A DNA stretch of 64,000 nucleotides from Octopus vulgaris (taxonomy: Eukaryota). The position numbers were made by a program, and so were the translations under genes. Location of the stretch: NCBI GenBank assembly GCA_951406725.2, contig OX597819.1:84692001-84756000 (forward strand), in the 5' to 3' direction. This document shows, piece after piece, positions 24,830-36,964 of the stretch. Positions within the stretch are counted from its first letter, which is position 1, and each line of letters begins with the position of its first letter. Under the pieces are notes generated by a model that was not told the origin of the DNA, ran no database searches, and was given only the letters and a program-made list of their open reading frames with translations.

Positions 24830-25395
24830 GAAACACATCAATTACATAGTGTCCTCTGCTCATGATGAAGAGCATGATACTTGGAATGAGAAAGCATGTA
24901 ACAAACATGCAGCGACGTGCAACCAAAAGAATACCCTTCATCAGGCATTTGCCATATTCTGAAAGCCTTACTTCCCTGGGCATGGACACATTGAAACTCC
25001 GACGTCTGACTTGGCAGACACCCATAAAATTATTAACTATCTTACAAACAATAACTCTGAGCACCTTTTCAAACTCCACCTGTTTAACACCCGTGGACAT
25101 GTTTACAAAGTCAGAAAATAGCACAGCTCCCATGACTTTCGGAAACATTTTTTCACGCTAAGAGTTGCTGAAGCGTGGAACAGACTGCCGGCATCAGTTG
25201 TTACTTGTCGGAGCACTGCATCCTTCAAAACTTCCATGCTTCCTGAGATTCGCCAACACTACACCTGATTTTCTCATACACTATTCGCTTTCCAGACATT
25301 TGTACATTACTGCATATACTTTATACGCACTTTTTGACAAGTTGTGGTGCACCTGAGCACTGTATACAATAATTTCATTATTATCATTATTATTT
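24830..25395 (+). mobile_element. CR1-group LINE 3' end (frameshifted)
   Basis: NMQRRATKRIP..LPYSESLTSLGMDTLKLRRL, TRGH..K, RKHFFTLRVAEAWNRLP; (att)n tail. Confidence 0.85.
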
Positions 25396-25651
25396 TAATT
25401 CAATATACAAAAGCTTGTAGGGTAATTCCTACTTCAATAGCACCATTCAGGTCAGGTGAATACATTGATTACTGACTACTATTGTTGCTGCCACCTCTAC
25501 CACTACAGCCAATACATATTTTGCTGTCTGTTATTGTTCTTAAGTCCCAAAAGTCGAAGTCAAATCAATGAGGAGATTACATTTTCTTTCACTAATGTCT
25601 AATGCTGATATGAAGATGATACAGATCCATAGAAAAATAAATACAAGGCTT

Positions 25652-25873
25652 GATTAACTCTTTAGCATTTAAACTGGCCATCCAGCCCAGATATTCTGCT
25701 TGGTTTATGTTCAAACTGGCAAGATCCAGCCTCTTGCACCTAGCCTACAATGTCATTATAAAAGTAAACAACTGCAACATCAAAATCTGAAAGTTAGGAG
25801 ACAATGCATGATTAATTCAAAACAATGTGAATAAGTATTACATTAGACAGTAATCTGAATGCTAAAGGATTAA
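25652..25873. mobile_element. TTAA-flanked piggyBac-type MITE (other copies near 29395-29548, 40770-40850, 45110-45292)
   Basis: ttaactctttagcattt...aatgctaaaggattaa termini; homologous internal sequence among copies. Confidence 0.65.
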
Positions 25874-26194
25874 ATCAACAGTGCCCTTACATTAAAAGAT
25901 CTGCCTAATCACATTTTACTGTTAGTCATTGGACTGCAGCCATCATAGAGCACTTGCCTAGAAGGGTTAGTTGAACAAAGCAACCTCAGTATTTATTCTA
26001 TTAGTTTCTTTTGCCAAGCCACTAAGTTATGAGGGTGTAATCAAATCATTACTGGTTGTCAAGTGGTAAGTGGGACACATATATACGGGGCAGCTGATGA
26101 TGGAGGTATGTTGGATTGTTGGTATGGCTGTTTTTGTGTATGTGACACAGTATAATTGGATTGTTGGTTTGGCTGTGGAATAGTATTATAACAC

Positions 26195-26490
26195 ATCCTT
26201 TTGATACATACATAGTCGCAGCTTTCTTGTAAATGAACCCATTGCTAGAAAGAATCATTGAAATAAGTCATTGATGATGCAGTATGAGGTCCTTGTATGA
26301 CTCTTGAGCCTGGCCAAAGATTTGCACATTCTATTGCATAATGCACAGCTGTGCTGGCTGGCAGAGGGAACAGGTGCCACATTATGACGTCTTTCGACAT
26401 GCCTTTTTAATCCTCCAACTGAAAGGCACACCTTTTCACAGGTTGCATATTTTCTGTTGTGAACAATAGCCATGGCACAATTTATATACA
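26195..26490 (-). mobile_element. RTE-type LINE 3' end with two C-terminal zinc fingers, inserted into a family B SINE
   Basis: CEKVCLSVGGLKRHVERRH...CALCNRMCKSLARLKSHTR, followed by a short UTR and (TATG)n tail; SINE halves at about 25915-26080 and 26490-26640. Confidence 0.6.
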
Positions 26491-27039
26491 TTGGCTTCCA
26501 TTGTTTCCATCAGCCAAATTCACTCACAAGGTCTGGGCTGGCCTGGTGCTATTAGTAGAAAACACTCACCCAAAGTGCTGCACAGTGGGACTGAAGCTGA
26601 AATCACATGGTTACAAAGCAAGTTTCATAACCACACAGCCAATAAAATGCTTATGATTACAAAAGTAATTATTAGAAACATGAAGTTATAGTTTACTCTG
26701 TTCGTTATTTTATCAAAAATGAAAAAAAATGGTTTTGTCATATTCACATGCTTATTTTTTTCTAAACCTCTCACAAAAAATAATAATAAATAAATATGTA
26801 AAGAAATCGAAAAGATGTGGGTTCTCTAAGTTACATTGAAGGCAGTAACTGTGAATCAAAAATGATACAGGTAGGAGACTCTAGTCTTGGTCAAGAAAAC
26901 CTCTTTATCTTTTTAACTACAAAATTGAATTTCATAGTTATTCCAGTAAGGATGTTAAATATCTACTGAAAAATAGAATCTGACACAAGATCAACTCCTC
27001 CAATTCCCCCTCCCCTCTCAAAAATTCCTTGTCTTGCAA

Positions 27040-27292
27040 GTTATTTGGTGACCCTGTCAGTGCTGGTGCAACGTAAAAAGCATCCAGTCCACACTGTGAA
27101 ATGCTTGGCATTTGGAAGGGTATCCAGTTGTAAAAACCATGCCAAATCTGACCTCATCTGTGCTGGTGCCAAGGAAAATTCACTCAGTCCACTCTGCAGA
27201 ATGGCTAGTATTATCCAGCCATAAAAACCATGCCAAAACTGTCCAACCCATGCCAGCATGAAAGGCAGATGTTAAATGATGATGATGATGAT
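27040..27292 (+). mobile_element. SINE family A copy
   Basis: ggaagggtatccagttgtaaaaacc...tgtccaacccatgccagcatgaaaggcagatgttaaatgatgatgatgatg. Confidence 0.75.
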
Positions 27293-29198
27293 TTTCTGCA
27301 AATCATGTTGCCTCAATAAACTTGATATATCTCAACAAAAACATAAAGCAGCTTCAAGCATAACATTTTTCAACAGAAAAAAGATTTGTATATAAAACTG
27401 TTTTACACAGTTATGGGTAATGAAATTCTAAGTGATCATATCTGATTTTTGCAGTAAGAGAGTTAGCCTCAGTGGCACAATAAAATGCAGCCAATCCAAG
27501 CAGAAAAGTTGTTGGTAATAGGAAGTGCATCTAGCCATAAAAACCATATCAAAAGACACGACATATGGCAATATGCTGTGTTGGCATAGAACCATTCATC
27601 TATGTTTCCATATCAGCAGTGAAAATAGAAGTATGATGATGATGATGAAAATAAATAATAATTCATTTAAACAAAAACATATGCTTACATTATAAATTTA
27701 TTACATGTGAATACATATAAAATGATGTCCTGTTTGAATATTGCAATTTATTTTTATTTTTAATGAAAGATGAGACTGGAAATTTTTTGTTTTGTTTTCC
27801 ACAAGTAGCATTGTTGAAGAGAATTTGCATGTTTCTTGTACTCACAATGAACTGTGGACAAATGCATATAAAAATAAATAAGAGAAGGAACAAATAATCT
27901 GGTTATCTTCTACTGAAGTCTTCCAGTGTGACTCAAGTTCTTTTCATTTTTTTTTTTTATGGTAGTGAGTGTAGCAATTAAATAATACCTGCATTATTAA
28001 TAAGTATATAAATAATTTGTTGAACAAGAGAAGTTCAAATACTTCTACTTTTTGCTAATAATACTCAGTAGCACATTCAACAGCAAATATGGAGGGGCTT
28101 TTTATTTTTGATATTATATAAATTACAATAGAGGTGTTTAAAATGAACTCTTTGTAAAAATTATTTTGAGAATGAAATGAAATGAAATTAAAACTGAATG
28201 TTTGTATCCCATTTTCGATGTTATTCAAATAATATAAAACACTTCTACACAACATACTTCTAATTGCTGTACTAATACATTTCATAATAATAATGGTTAA
28301 AAAAAAAACAACGACGAAGATTTATTATGGCGCAAGGCCACAAATTTGTAGGAGAGATGTATAGTGAATTGAATGAAGAATCAATGTTACTGGTACTTAT
28401 TTTATCAACTGTGGCAGGACTATTGGTAAAGTCAACCCAGACAGGGTTTGAAATCAGAGCTTTAAAAGATGAAACCAAACCTCAGTGCTTGACTGATTCT
28501 GCCATCCACCATCCTACTATTCATAATATTAATGATGATGAAGATTATATTGTTTCCCATTGAATACAAGGGAAATTTTCGTATAGGAAGAAGTATAAGT
28601 AATTAAAATAACTCTTTCCCAACAGTAATATATTACTGCCACTTATATTTTACTGCTTTCATAAGGATGAAAGGTTAAAAGTCAGCTGAAGTGAGATTTA
28701 AACTCAGCATAGAAAAGGGTGAAACTAAATACTCTAAGGTATTTGGTTTGATTTTCTACAATGCTCGCTATCACTGAAAGATTTACAGAATAATTTCAGA
28801 AGATCCTCTGTATAAACAATGAGAGAAAAAAACACAGGCATGAAAATTTCTCGAAACATGCCAGAAATTCTAGAGATATATGTGTGTGTGTATAGTCTTA
28901 AGTTATAATTTCAATAAAAGATGATATGAAAGGGTAATAGGATATGTGGATTTCTTTGAAAATTCTTCACCCAAAATGGAAAACAGTTGGATTTTCAGTG
29001 AAATGTACTTCAAAGTTAAAATTATAGCAGCTCCTGAAATAAATAAATAAAATAAAATAAAACATTTCAGTTAAAATACGAAGTGTAACAGATTTTCTAA
29101 TAATAAAATGCAATTTTAAATATACGAAAATAAAAGCGAAGTAAATAATACAAAAAGTAAAGTAAATAATAGAAAAATTTTAAATATTTACCATTATA

Positions 29199-29303
29199 CT
29201 ACTGATCTTTAGGTTCCTGTTTAACTTCTACTGCAGTTGAATTTTGAGTTGTATCATTAGATGATAATTCTATTTTTACACTGGTGCCATTAGAATCATC
29301 TAA
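29199..29303 (-). CDS. BCL11-like zinc-finger gene, last coding exon (LDDSNGTSVKIELSSNDTTQNSTAVEVKQEPKDQ*)
   Basis: Acceptor tttttccctttcAG; phase 0 matches the donor of 31211-31338; open to TAG (29201-29199); two psiKxE motifs; donor-like G|GTAAAT 7 nt after the stop. Not in the ORF track. Confidence 0.7.
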   Translation of the reverse strand, partial: LDDSNGTSVKIELSSNDTTQNSTAVEVKQEPKDQ

Positions 29304-29654
29304 CTGAAAGGGAAAAATCAGATGCAAAAAAAAAAAAAGCTACAATACGGAAATTAATGCATTTCCACCAAACCTTCAAACTAACACTTGTACTAAGCCT
29401 TTGGCATTTAAACTAGCCACTTCCGGCCCAAATATGCAACTTGTTTTATGTTCTAACTAACCAGATCCAGCCTGTCATACCTACCCTTCAATGCTATTCT
29501 AAAAATATACAATCACATCATTAAAATTTCAAAGCTACAAAAAAATACATTAATTAAAAACAATCTAAATGAAAAAGCAATACATGATAGAATAATCTAA
29601 AGGGTTAATTTAGGTTGGATTCTTTTTAATAGAAAAAAGGTTAAAAGTAATAAC

Positions 29655-30008
29655 ATTACACTGTAATAAAATTTCTTTTATTTTTGTCTTTGATAGTAAG
29701 TGTTATTTCTTGATAGCTGCTATCTAGAAATCAAAGAAAATTACTACTATTCCGTTCAAACTTTGCTTTCATGACCAGGCATCAATGTTTTCAAACTGAC
29801 CTATTTTTCATTACATTTCAGACAGATTTAGTGCTGAGTTATTGAAGCAGAAATATCATTATAGCAAAAATTTTGCTCAATACCACAGATTTGCTTTTCA
29901 GTTGCTTGACCATAACCATTTGAACATGTCCTTTAGTGGCTGACAATATCTGCATCTCTGACGATGAGTAGTAGTTGAGGAACATCATAGTCATGTGTTG
30001 AGAGGGAG
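29655..30008 (+). repeat. Interspersed repeat; inverted copy at 41954-42278
   Basis: ctatctagaaatcaaag..ttcaaactttgcttt..catttcagacagatt..accacagatttgctt..catgtgttgagaggga matches the reverse complement of 41954-42278. Confidence 0.8.
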
Positions 30009-31210
30009 CCTTTGGGATTTGAATAGAGATTCACACATTTACTCCAGATCTAAAACCTCATAGGATGTTGTTTCTCTAATTATTTTTATTCACTCTGGAG
30101 AAATGGAACAATTCTCAACTTCAGTGGAATTTGAGATTATGAACCTCTTATTTGTAAAAATTTGCTGTGCCGAGGTAACGGAAATCAACATTATTTGGTG
30201 GTACTTATTCAAATGTTTAAATATCTTTTGAAAATGTTTACTCTTTGTTTTTTTTTCCTGTTTCAAATCCCTTTATTCTAAATTAAACCAATGTAATGAG
30301 TACTAGGAAACAAAGGTTCTACAATCAATAGATGTTTTTTAGTATCTGCAATAATTCTAAGGAAGATGGTCAGCCACATGGTACTGGTTCAGTCTCATTG
30401 CTTGGCACCCTGGCAAGTGTCTTCTACTACTGACCCAGGCCAACCAAAACCTTGTGGATGGATTTGGTTGACAGAATACATTTATGTACACAATGTAACT
30501 GAAGATAGAAAAAAACATAGAGAAACCTATGGTGTGTATGCATGTGCATCTATGAATAATATCTTTTGACAAACACATGCATGTGTGAGAGAGAGAAGAG
30601 GGAGGGGAGGGAGAGAGAATATTGATGAAAGATATAAACATTGGTAAGTAAGCCAAAACACCAGCATCCTTTAAGCGAATTTGTTCTTAGTTATAGACTC
30701 TTTCTTAGCATTCTTGCTGTCAGAATACAGTGAATCAGAGATCGGCCTATTATAAAACTTGCAACCAACATTGTTCATCAATTGCGAGACAAAATAAATA
30801 TGTGATACACTTGTTTCCATTTCACCTAGTATTTTCAGAGCATATAAAGATAAACATTTTAAAGTGAAAATAAAGTTTCCTAATAGCTGCATAGTCTAAA
30901 ATCTCCCACCCCTCTCATTTTGTTTTTAAGAGACAATTTCAGTTATAAGAGCTTAAGATCCTTACTTCACATTTAAAATTTGGTAAATGATTTTTAAAAT
31001 TCTGAAGACTCACTAAAGTTAATATCCCAAATAATAGCTTTACTACGGAAAAACAAAAAAGGGAAAATATTGATATGAGTGAAAGATAAAAAAAAAGAGA
31101 GTGTTATTTATCTATTATTATTTGTGAGAAGAAATACGTAAGAAATATAACATTCAGCTTTTTGTCTGAAAAGTATACATTTGATACATTTAAACTTGCG
31201 GTATACTTAC

Positions 31211-31338
31211 GATTTGTCTACCATCTTTGAACAAAGCCAGACTATGTTCTGTCTGACAGTGTTGCACAAGGCTCCATGCAGAGAAAAATGTCATTTCACA
31301 AGTAGCACAGTTGAGAATCAAAGCCTCCTGTTCTTGTT
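31211..31338 (-). CDS. BCL11-like zinc-finger gene, exon with C2H2 finger (EQEQEALILNCATCEMTFFSAWSLVQHCQTEHSLALFKDGRQI)
   Basis: Matches BCL11A ZnF1 [27 protein letters not shown]; acceptor gtatcttAG, donor GTAAGT; phases 1 and 0. Confidence 0.88.
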
Positions 31339-31473
31339 CTAAGATACAATGGAATAAACATGAGATAACATTAAAAGAAAAAAGAAATAAATGGAAACCA
31401 GAAATTGATTTGATTTTTTTTTCAGTCACTGTGTTTAGCTGAGATATATAATAATTATCATATTAATTACTGG

Positions 31474-32075
31474 TAGGGACACCATATTTTGTTATGCAAC
31501 CATAACATACTACCAAGTATATTAAAGGCTTATAAGTCAATATTGTGTCCTACCTGTGTTAGCAGTGTGATATCACTTTTTCAAGTTATCTCTACAGATT
31601 TTCTATAGAAATTAGAGCCAACACTGAAAGTTACATTTCATATACGAATACATCTATGTAAACAATGCAATCGAAAATACAAAATGGGGAATGGGTGTAC
31701 ATGCATATTTCAGGGGTTCTTGCTCCTTCTTCAACATCACATTCAACCCATTAACCATCTACAAACACATTGTTTAAATAACTGCTAATTTTAGTGGTGT
31801 AACACAATTGAATATACTGATTTTACATATTAAACACATTCCTGGCAGCTGCTAGGGACACTGTATTTTGTTATGCTACCATAACATCCAACCAAGTATA
31901 TTTAAGGCTTATAAGTGAATGGTTAATGAGTTAGATGTAGTGCTGAAGAAATATGCATATGCACCCATTACCTATTCTCGATCACATTGTTTACATAGAA
32001 GTATTCATATATGAAACATAACTTTCAGGGCAGGCTCTAATTTTTATAGAAAATATGTAGAGATGACTTCAAAAG
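31474..32075. repeat. Penelope-like direct plus inverted repeat complex with two hammerhead remnants
   Basis: Direct repeat 31474-31537 / 31853-31916; inverted arms 31576-31758 / 31919-32075; hammerhead motifs at 31694-31738 (-) and 31939-31965 (+). Confidence 0.7.
31694..31738 (-). ncRNA. Decayed minimal type-I hammerhead ribozyme motif
   Basis: GATG-TTGAAGA-AGGAG(CAAGAA)CCCCT-GAA-ATATGCATGT-A-CACC; the sister copy supplies CTGAAGA and the perfect palindrome ATATGCATAT. Confidence 0.6.
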
Positions 32076-32447
32076 GTAATAACTATCAGTCTTCTTTGAA
32101 ACTCAAACAAGCAGAACTAGACAAAATCAAATATTAAACCCTGACTATGAATGGAGCATTGGACAAATCAAAACTTGATAACCTTAGGAAACAAACACTG
32201 ACCCCTTTTCCTATATCTGAGATGACAAATTCTTGTCTGAGCATGTGGCTAGATTCATCATTGAAATAGCCTAAAATGACCAAAATTCATCTGGTGCTCT
32301 TGCTAGCTGCTATTGGAAAGAATTTTTGTCTCTTCCTAATATGCATTGTGTTTTTAACATGGTGAATCTATAACAGATGTTGCCTCAGGAAAAATACTGC
32401 AGTGATTGGACTATCAAGTATGTATACATTAAGTAGGATACATAAAT

Positions 32448-32504
<57 letters not shown>

Positions 32505-32507
<3 letters not shown>

Positions 32508-33019
32508 TCATCATCATCATCATCATTTAGCGTTCCGTTTTCCATGCTAGCATGGGTTGGACGGTTCTGCTGGGGTCTGTGAAGCCAGAAGGCTTCATCA
32601 GGCCCAGTCAAATCTGGCAGTGTTTCTACGGCTGGATGCCCTTCCTAACGCCAACCACTCCGTGAGTGTAGTGGGTGCTTTTTACGTGCCACCCGCACTG
32701 GTGCCAGACAGAGCTGGCAAACGGCCACGAACGGATGGTGCTTTTTATGTGCCACCGGCACGAGGGCCAGGCGAGGCTGGCAACGGACACGAAACGGGGC
32801 GGTGCTGGCAACGGTCGCGAAACGGAAAGTTCTCTTACATGCCACCGGCACTGGTAACACATCTGCAATTTCCATTGATCGATTTCGATCGATTTCGATT
32901 CTGATCCTCACTTGCCTCAATGGGTCTTCACAAGCAGAGTTTCGACATGCCACCGGCACTGGTAGCACATCCGCAATTTCCATTGATCGATTTCGATTCT
33001 GATCCGATTCTGATTCGAT

Positions 33020-33023
<4 letters not shown>
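32505..33023 (-). mobile_element. Young SINE family A copy between (TA)n tracts
   Basis: (cat)n tail and core; duplicated block catgccaccggcactggta.cacatc.gcaatttccattgatcgatttcgat. Confidence 0.85.
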
Positions 33024-33060
<37 letters not shown>

Positions 33061-33460
33061 TATATGCGTGTGTGTATGTATGTTTTACATGCAATATTAA
33101 TAAAATAACCTGTAGCTGTTTAACATTATAAAATCCACAACAAAAAAAAATTAATATCAGAATTGATATATGACTTGTTTCAATGATGTTTTAACATACA
33201 TATAGTAAAATGTAGGGTCAATATAAAATTTGAGGTTTACATTGAACTTTTTCATTACCTAGTCGCAGCTAATAATCAAAGCATGAGTAATAATAGTAAA
33301 TTGCTATCCCTACTAGAGTATTTGCAGCATGTTTATTATCAGCAAAGTACATTTCTTTCATTATCATCCCACAAAATATTACCTTTAGAACAATGATATC
33401 ATAAACATAAGTAATAAGACTAAAAAGATGAACATAAAAAAATATACAGTGTATAATATA

Positions 33461-34517
33461 CCATAAAAACCCATGTAATTTGCGTACTTGTGTAATTTAC
33501 GCAGGTGATTTTCAGGATAAAATTTGTTACAAAAAGCTTCTATTCATGTAAAATTTGCACCCCAAAGTTTTCAGAATTGCCGATACGGCCAGGAGAAAAA
33601 GGTTTTCAATTTAGTTGTATTTAGCATAATTTCACTTATGATTAGATTTTATTAAATTTTCATTAAATAAAAAGAATTTCTGTTTAACAGGTATCACATT
33701 GAAAGCTATTAAATTACAAAGTGTTTGTGTTGTTTATCATAAACTTTATTTCACATTTCTTGCCTACAAGAGATTATGTCCGATCTTTAGCATACTGCTG
33801 TATGTCTTCTCAAATCATGATCACAGGAAAAGTTGTTGATAAGAATTACCAACAAAAACAAAGCTGATATGCACAGGTGTTGCAAATTAAATTTAATTAC
33901 CAATAAACATCAGCTTGGATGACACTTTACTCAATTGACAGAGGAAGGTGACTGATCAAACTGATTATGTAAACAAATCTTTTCCACCTATTCTTGTTAG
34001 AACCTTTGATATGGAGTATTGAAATTTTAATCCCTTTCACATTTATAAACTGTCAGGCAAACTTAAAAATTTATCATTACTGTTATTGTTAGTACAAGCA
34101 GAACTTATGAATCATTTACTGCAAAGGAGATATTAAATATGTGCTCCATTGTGATAGGTAGAAGAAACTCCATGCAATGTAAAATATGGCCCAGACCATT
34201 TTTATCAGCATGAACATCAGACTTCAAAAATTAGTTAACCATTTAATGGTTTTAGTAATTTATACAGAAAAAGTAAGCATTATACCATCCAGCATAAATT
34301 AAAGTCGATTTTATTATGCATATTTAAGCCATTATTTTTTCTGTAAAAACCTATTCTGCCATAAAATGAGTCAACTTCCAATATGAATTTTCACATTTTG
34401 TATGTCTTTTCTCAATGAAAAAATTCTGGAAACGATCTACTCATGTAATTTACACACCCATTCAAGTTTATTTTTATTTTTGCAAAAAAAGTGCATAAAT
34501 TACATGGGTTATTACAG
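33461..34517. mobile_element. Non-autonomous Tc1/mariner-superfamily DNA element with TA TSD
   Basis: TA|CCATAAAAACCCATGTAATTTGCGTACTT ... AAGTGCATAAATTACATGGGTTATTACAG|TA. Confidence 0.7.
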
Positions 34518-34974
34518 TATACTCTAAAGTTAAATTAGTGTTCACATATTTAGTGTGTATTAAAAAATCTAATAAGAGATACTTATGTAATGAGAATAAT
34601 AGCTTAACGACTAATATTAGTCTGAGAGCTTTGTCTGGTGCAGATGATAACCCCAGATTTGTTTGGGGCTTTGATGTGCTTGCTGAAGTAAGTAATAAGA
34701 GCATTATGTAGATGTACAATATAATTATGGTCATAAGAGATTAGCAGATTTAAAAATAATTTATTTTATATAAATCATATTACTATCAGAGCAGAAATAT
34801 ATTCAATGAAGAGAATGTTAAAAGTATGTTGAAATATCAGAACTGTTGTCATAATGCAGCCTAAGCAGATTTTTATAAATTGGGAAATGAGAGAATTTAT
34901 GCAAATTAGAGGATAACTAACAGACTGGAAATAGTGATTTTGTGTCTGTCAGTGAATCTATCAACATTACTTAC

Positions 34975-35103
34975 CAGGCTGTGGAGTCTTTTGACACTGA
35001 CAACTAAACCGAAGCTTACAGGGAAGCTTCTTGTGTTGGGCTAAGGTGTGTAGGTTAGTAAACTCAAGCTTACACACACCACAAATCAATATGTCTTGGT
35101 TGC
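34975..35103 (-). CDS. BCL11-like zinc-finger gene, exon with C2HC (ZnF0-type) finger (NQDILICGVCKLEFTNLHTLAQHKKLPCKLRFSCQCQKTPQP)
   Basis: Acceptor ttttcaactgcAG, donor GTAAGT, 129 nt, phase 1/1; D-I-L-x-C-G-x-C...H-K-x3-C resembles BCL11A DLLTCGQC..HKRKQC and the ZFP64/ZNF341 N-terminal finger. Not in the ORF track. Confidence 0.88.
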
Positions 35104-36299
35104 CTGCAGTTGAAAATTTGAATGAAAATAATTATAAATACATAAATGTGATATCAGAATTAATTTCCTTTAGTGAAAGAGATAAGTATCTATAAGCATT
35201 AAAAAAAAAATGGAATCATCCGATTGGCATTACGGTAAAAAGATATAGTTAAAAGAAACTTAAAATTTAAAAAATAATTAAATAATGTTTTAAAAAAAAA
35301 AAAAAATCAAGGAATCCAGTAAAATAGGTATTTTAATATGTGAGATGTTTAAGAAAAGTACATCTGAAATTTGACAGTTAAAAAAATATACTAGATTGTA
35401 AAATATACCAGATATACACTTATGTTTTTATTAAACAAAGAAAAATATCAAAAAATGAAAAACTATATCAAAAGTACATTTCTTTACATTTCAAAATAAA
35501 ATTGCTTACAATAAATATCATTTTTAATTTGCTAAAGATTTTTTTAAAAATCTGTAAAAAAAATAATTGCTAGAGAATTTAGTGAAATAGCATGGGATAC
35601 AACAGATTAAGTCATTAGATTACAAAATAAATCCCACCATTGTTGAATGTTCTGATAAAAGTAGAGAAAGAAAAATATATTAAACCTCAAGAATATATCA
35701 CTATTTAAATTGATAATAAGACTTAAATAACTAATACATTTCAGGCACTAGTACCTCAGTAAGCTGTATGTGCCTTCTGTCTCTTCTATTACTACTATAT
35801 TAGTTTCAGTTCTCAATCACTGAAACACCAAGCTATCTTTATTATTCTTGCTGTCTCACATTAAAAATTTGCCCAACCATATTTTTACTTCCCACCAAAT
35901 AATCTGAAAGAGTTTAAACTGAATACTAATGCTGTCTCAACCTTGGGGTAAGATTTAAATAGGTTATGTGCTACAGTTACATAATTTGCTTATAAAAAAT
36001 AATGTAGTTTTACGAGTAAAATGGGTTTAAGTGCTATTTTGGGATAATTACTAAATGGAATGATATAAATATTCTCTACATTAACTATCATATTTTTTTT
36101 TACATTGCTTAACAACCATTTTTTTGGGGATCATAATTCATATAAAACTGGTCAAATTAAACACACACACACACACATACACACTGTTAGCTCTTCCCAT
36201 TTCTGAGTATTTCATTTCCTTTCTCATTTAGCCTCTATGACTTCTCAATCATGTAATTCTGCAGTAGTTGAGATGGTTAGAAATTAGAGCCTGCAATAT

Positions 36300-36570
36300 G
36301 CTGCATGTTTCTCCCAGATTTTCAAATTAATGGTCTCTGAGTTATCATTGTTTTGAGTTCACTGAAGATGATCTGATAGGGAAATCTAGTCCTATTCATA
36401 AGGTGCATATGGCCTACCCAGCTGATCCGATGTTTGATGATGGTGGTGGCTTTGATACCGAAGATGTAGTGGAACAGTCTTCCAAAAACAACATGACCAA
36501 CATGAATCCTGTTATCCACACCATTTTTGAAGATGCATTGCACTGAGAGGAAACTTCCTATGTAAGGAAA
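36300..36570 (-). mobile_element. Degenerate RTE LINE fragment
   Basis: IIKHRISWVGHMHLMNRTRFPYQIIFSEL resembles the RTE motif LRWAGHVxRMxxxRxPKxxFYGEL. Confidence 0.6.
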
Positions 36571-36874
36571 ATGATCCCCCTTTTCATCATCATTTAACTA
36601 CTTTTCCATCCTTGCATAGGTTGGCCGGAGTATATCTGAGGCAGATATTCTAAGGCCAGATGCCCTTCTTGTTGCCAACCCTCACTTATTTCCAAGAAAG
36701 GTAACATTTCTCCATGGTCAGACATGTTCGCGTTGAAAAGTATTGGAAATGAATGCCACTGATAGTATGACAGTGACAGTCATTTTACAACTATCACACA
36801 ATACTACAAGGAGACATAAACACACACGACAGGCTTCTTTCAGTTCTATATTTAAGAGATGAGGAATTATGTAC

Positions 36875-36964
36875 ATTATTTACATTTGACGGATATTTGT
36901 CCTCATCTTGTTTGTGATTAACAACAAACAAGATGAGGACAAATATCCGTCAAATGTAAATAAT
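36875..36964. repeat. Perfect 41-bp inverted repeat with 8-nt loop, inserted in a family B SINE
   Basis: attatttacatttgacggatatttgtcctcatcttgtttgt-gattaaca-acaaacaagatgaggacaaatatccgtcaaatgtaaataat. Confidence 0.95.

Noticed and set aside
26255-26491. Two C2H2-like fingers as the missing DNA-binding exon of the BCL11-like gene
   Set aside because: RTE-type finger sequence, followed by a (TATG)n tail and nested in a SINE; the candidate acceptor is phase 2, incompatible with the available phase 0 or phase 1 donors
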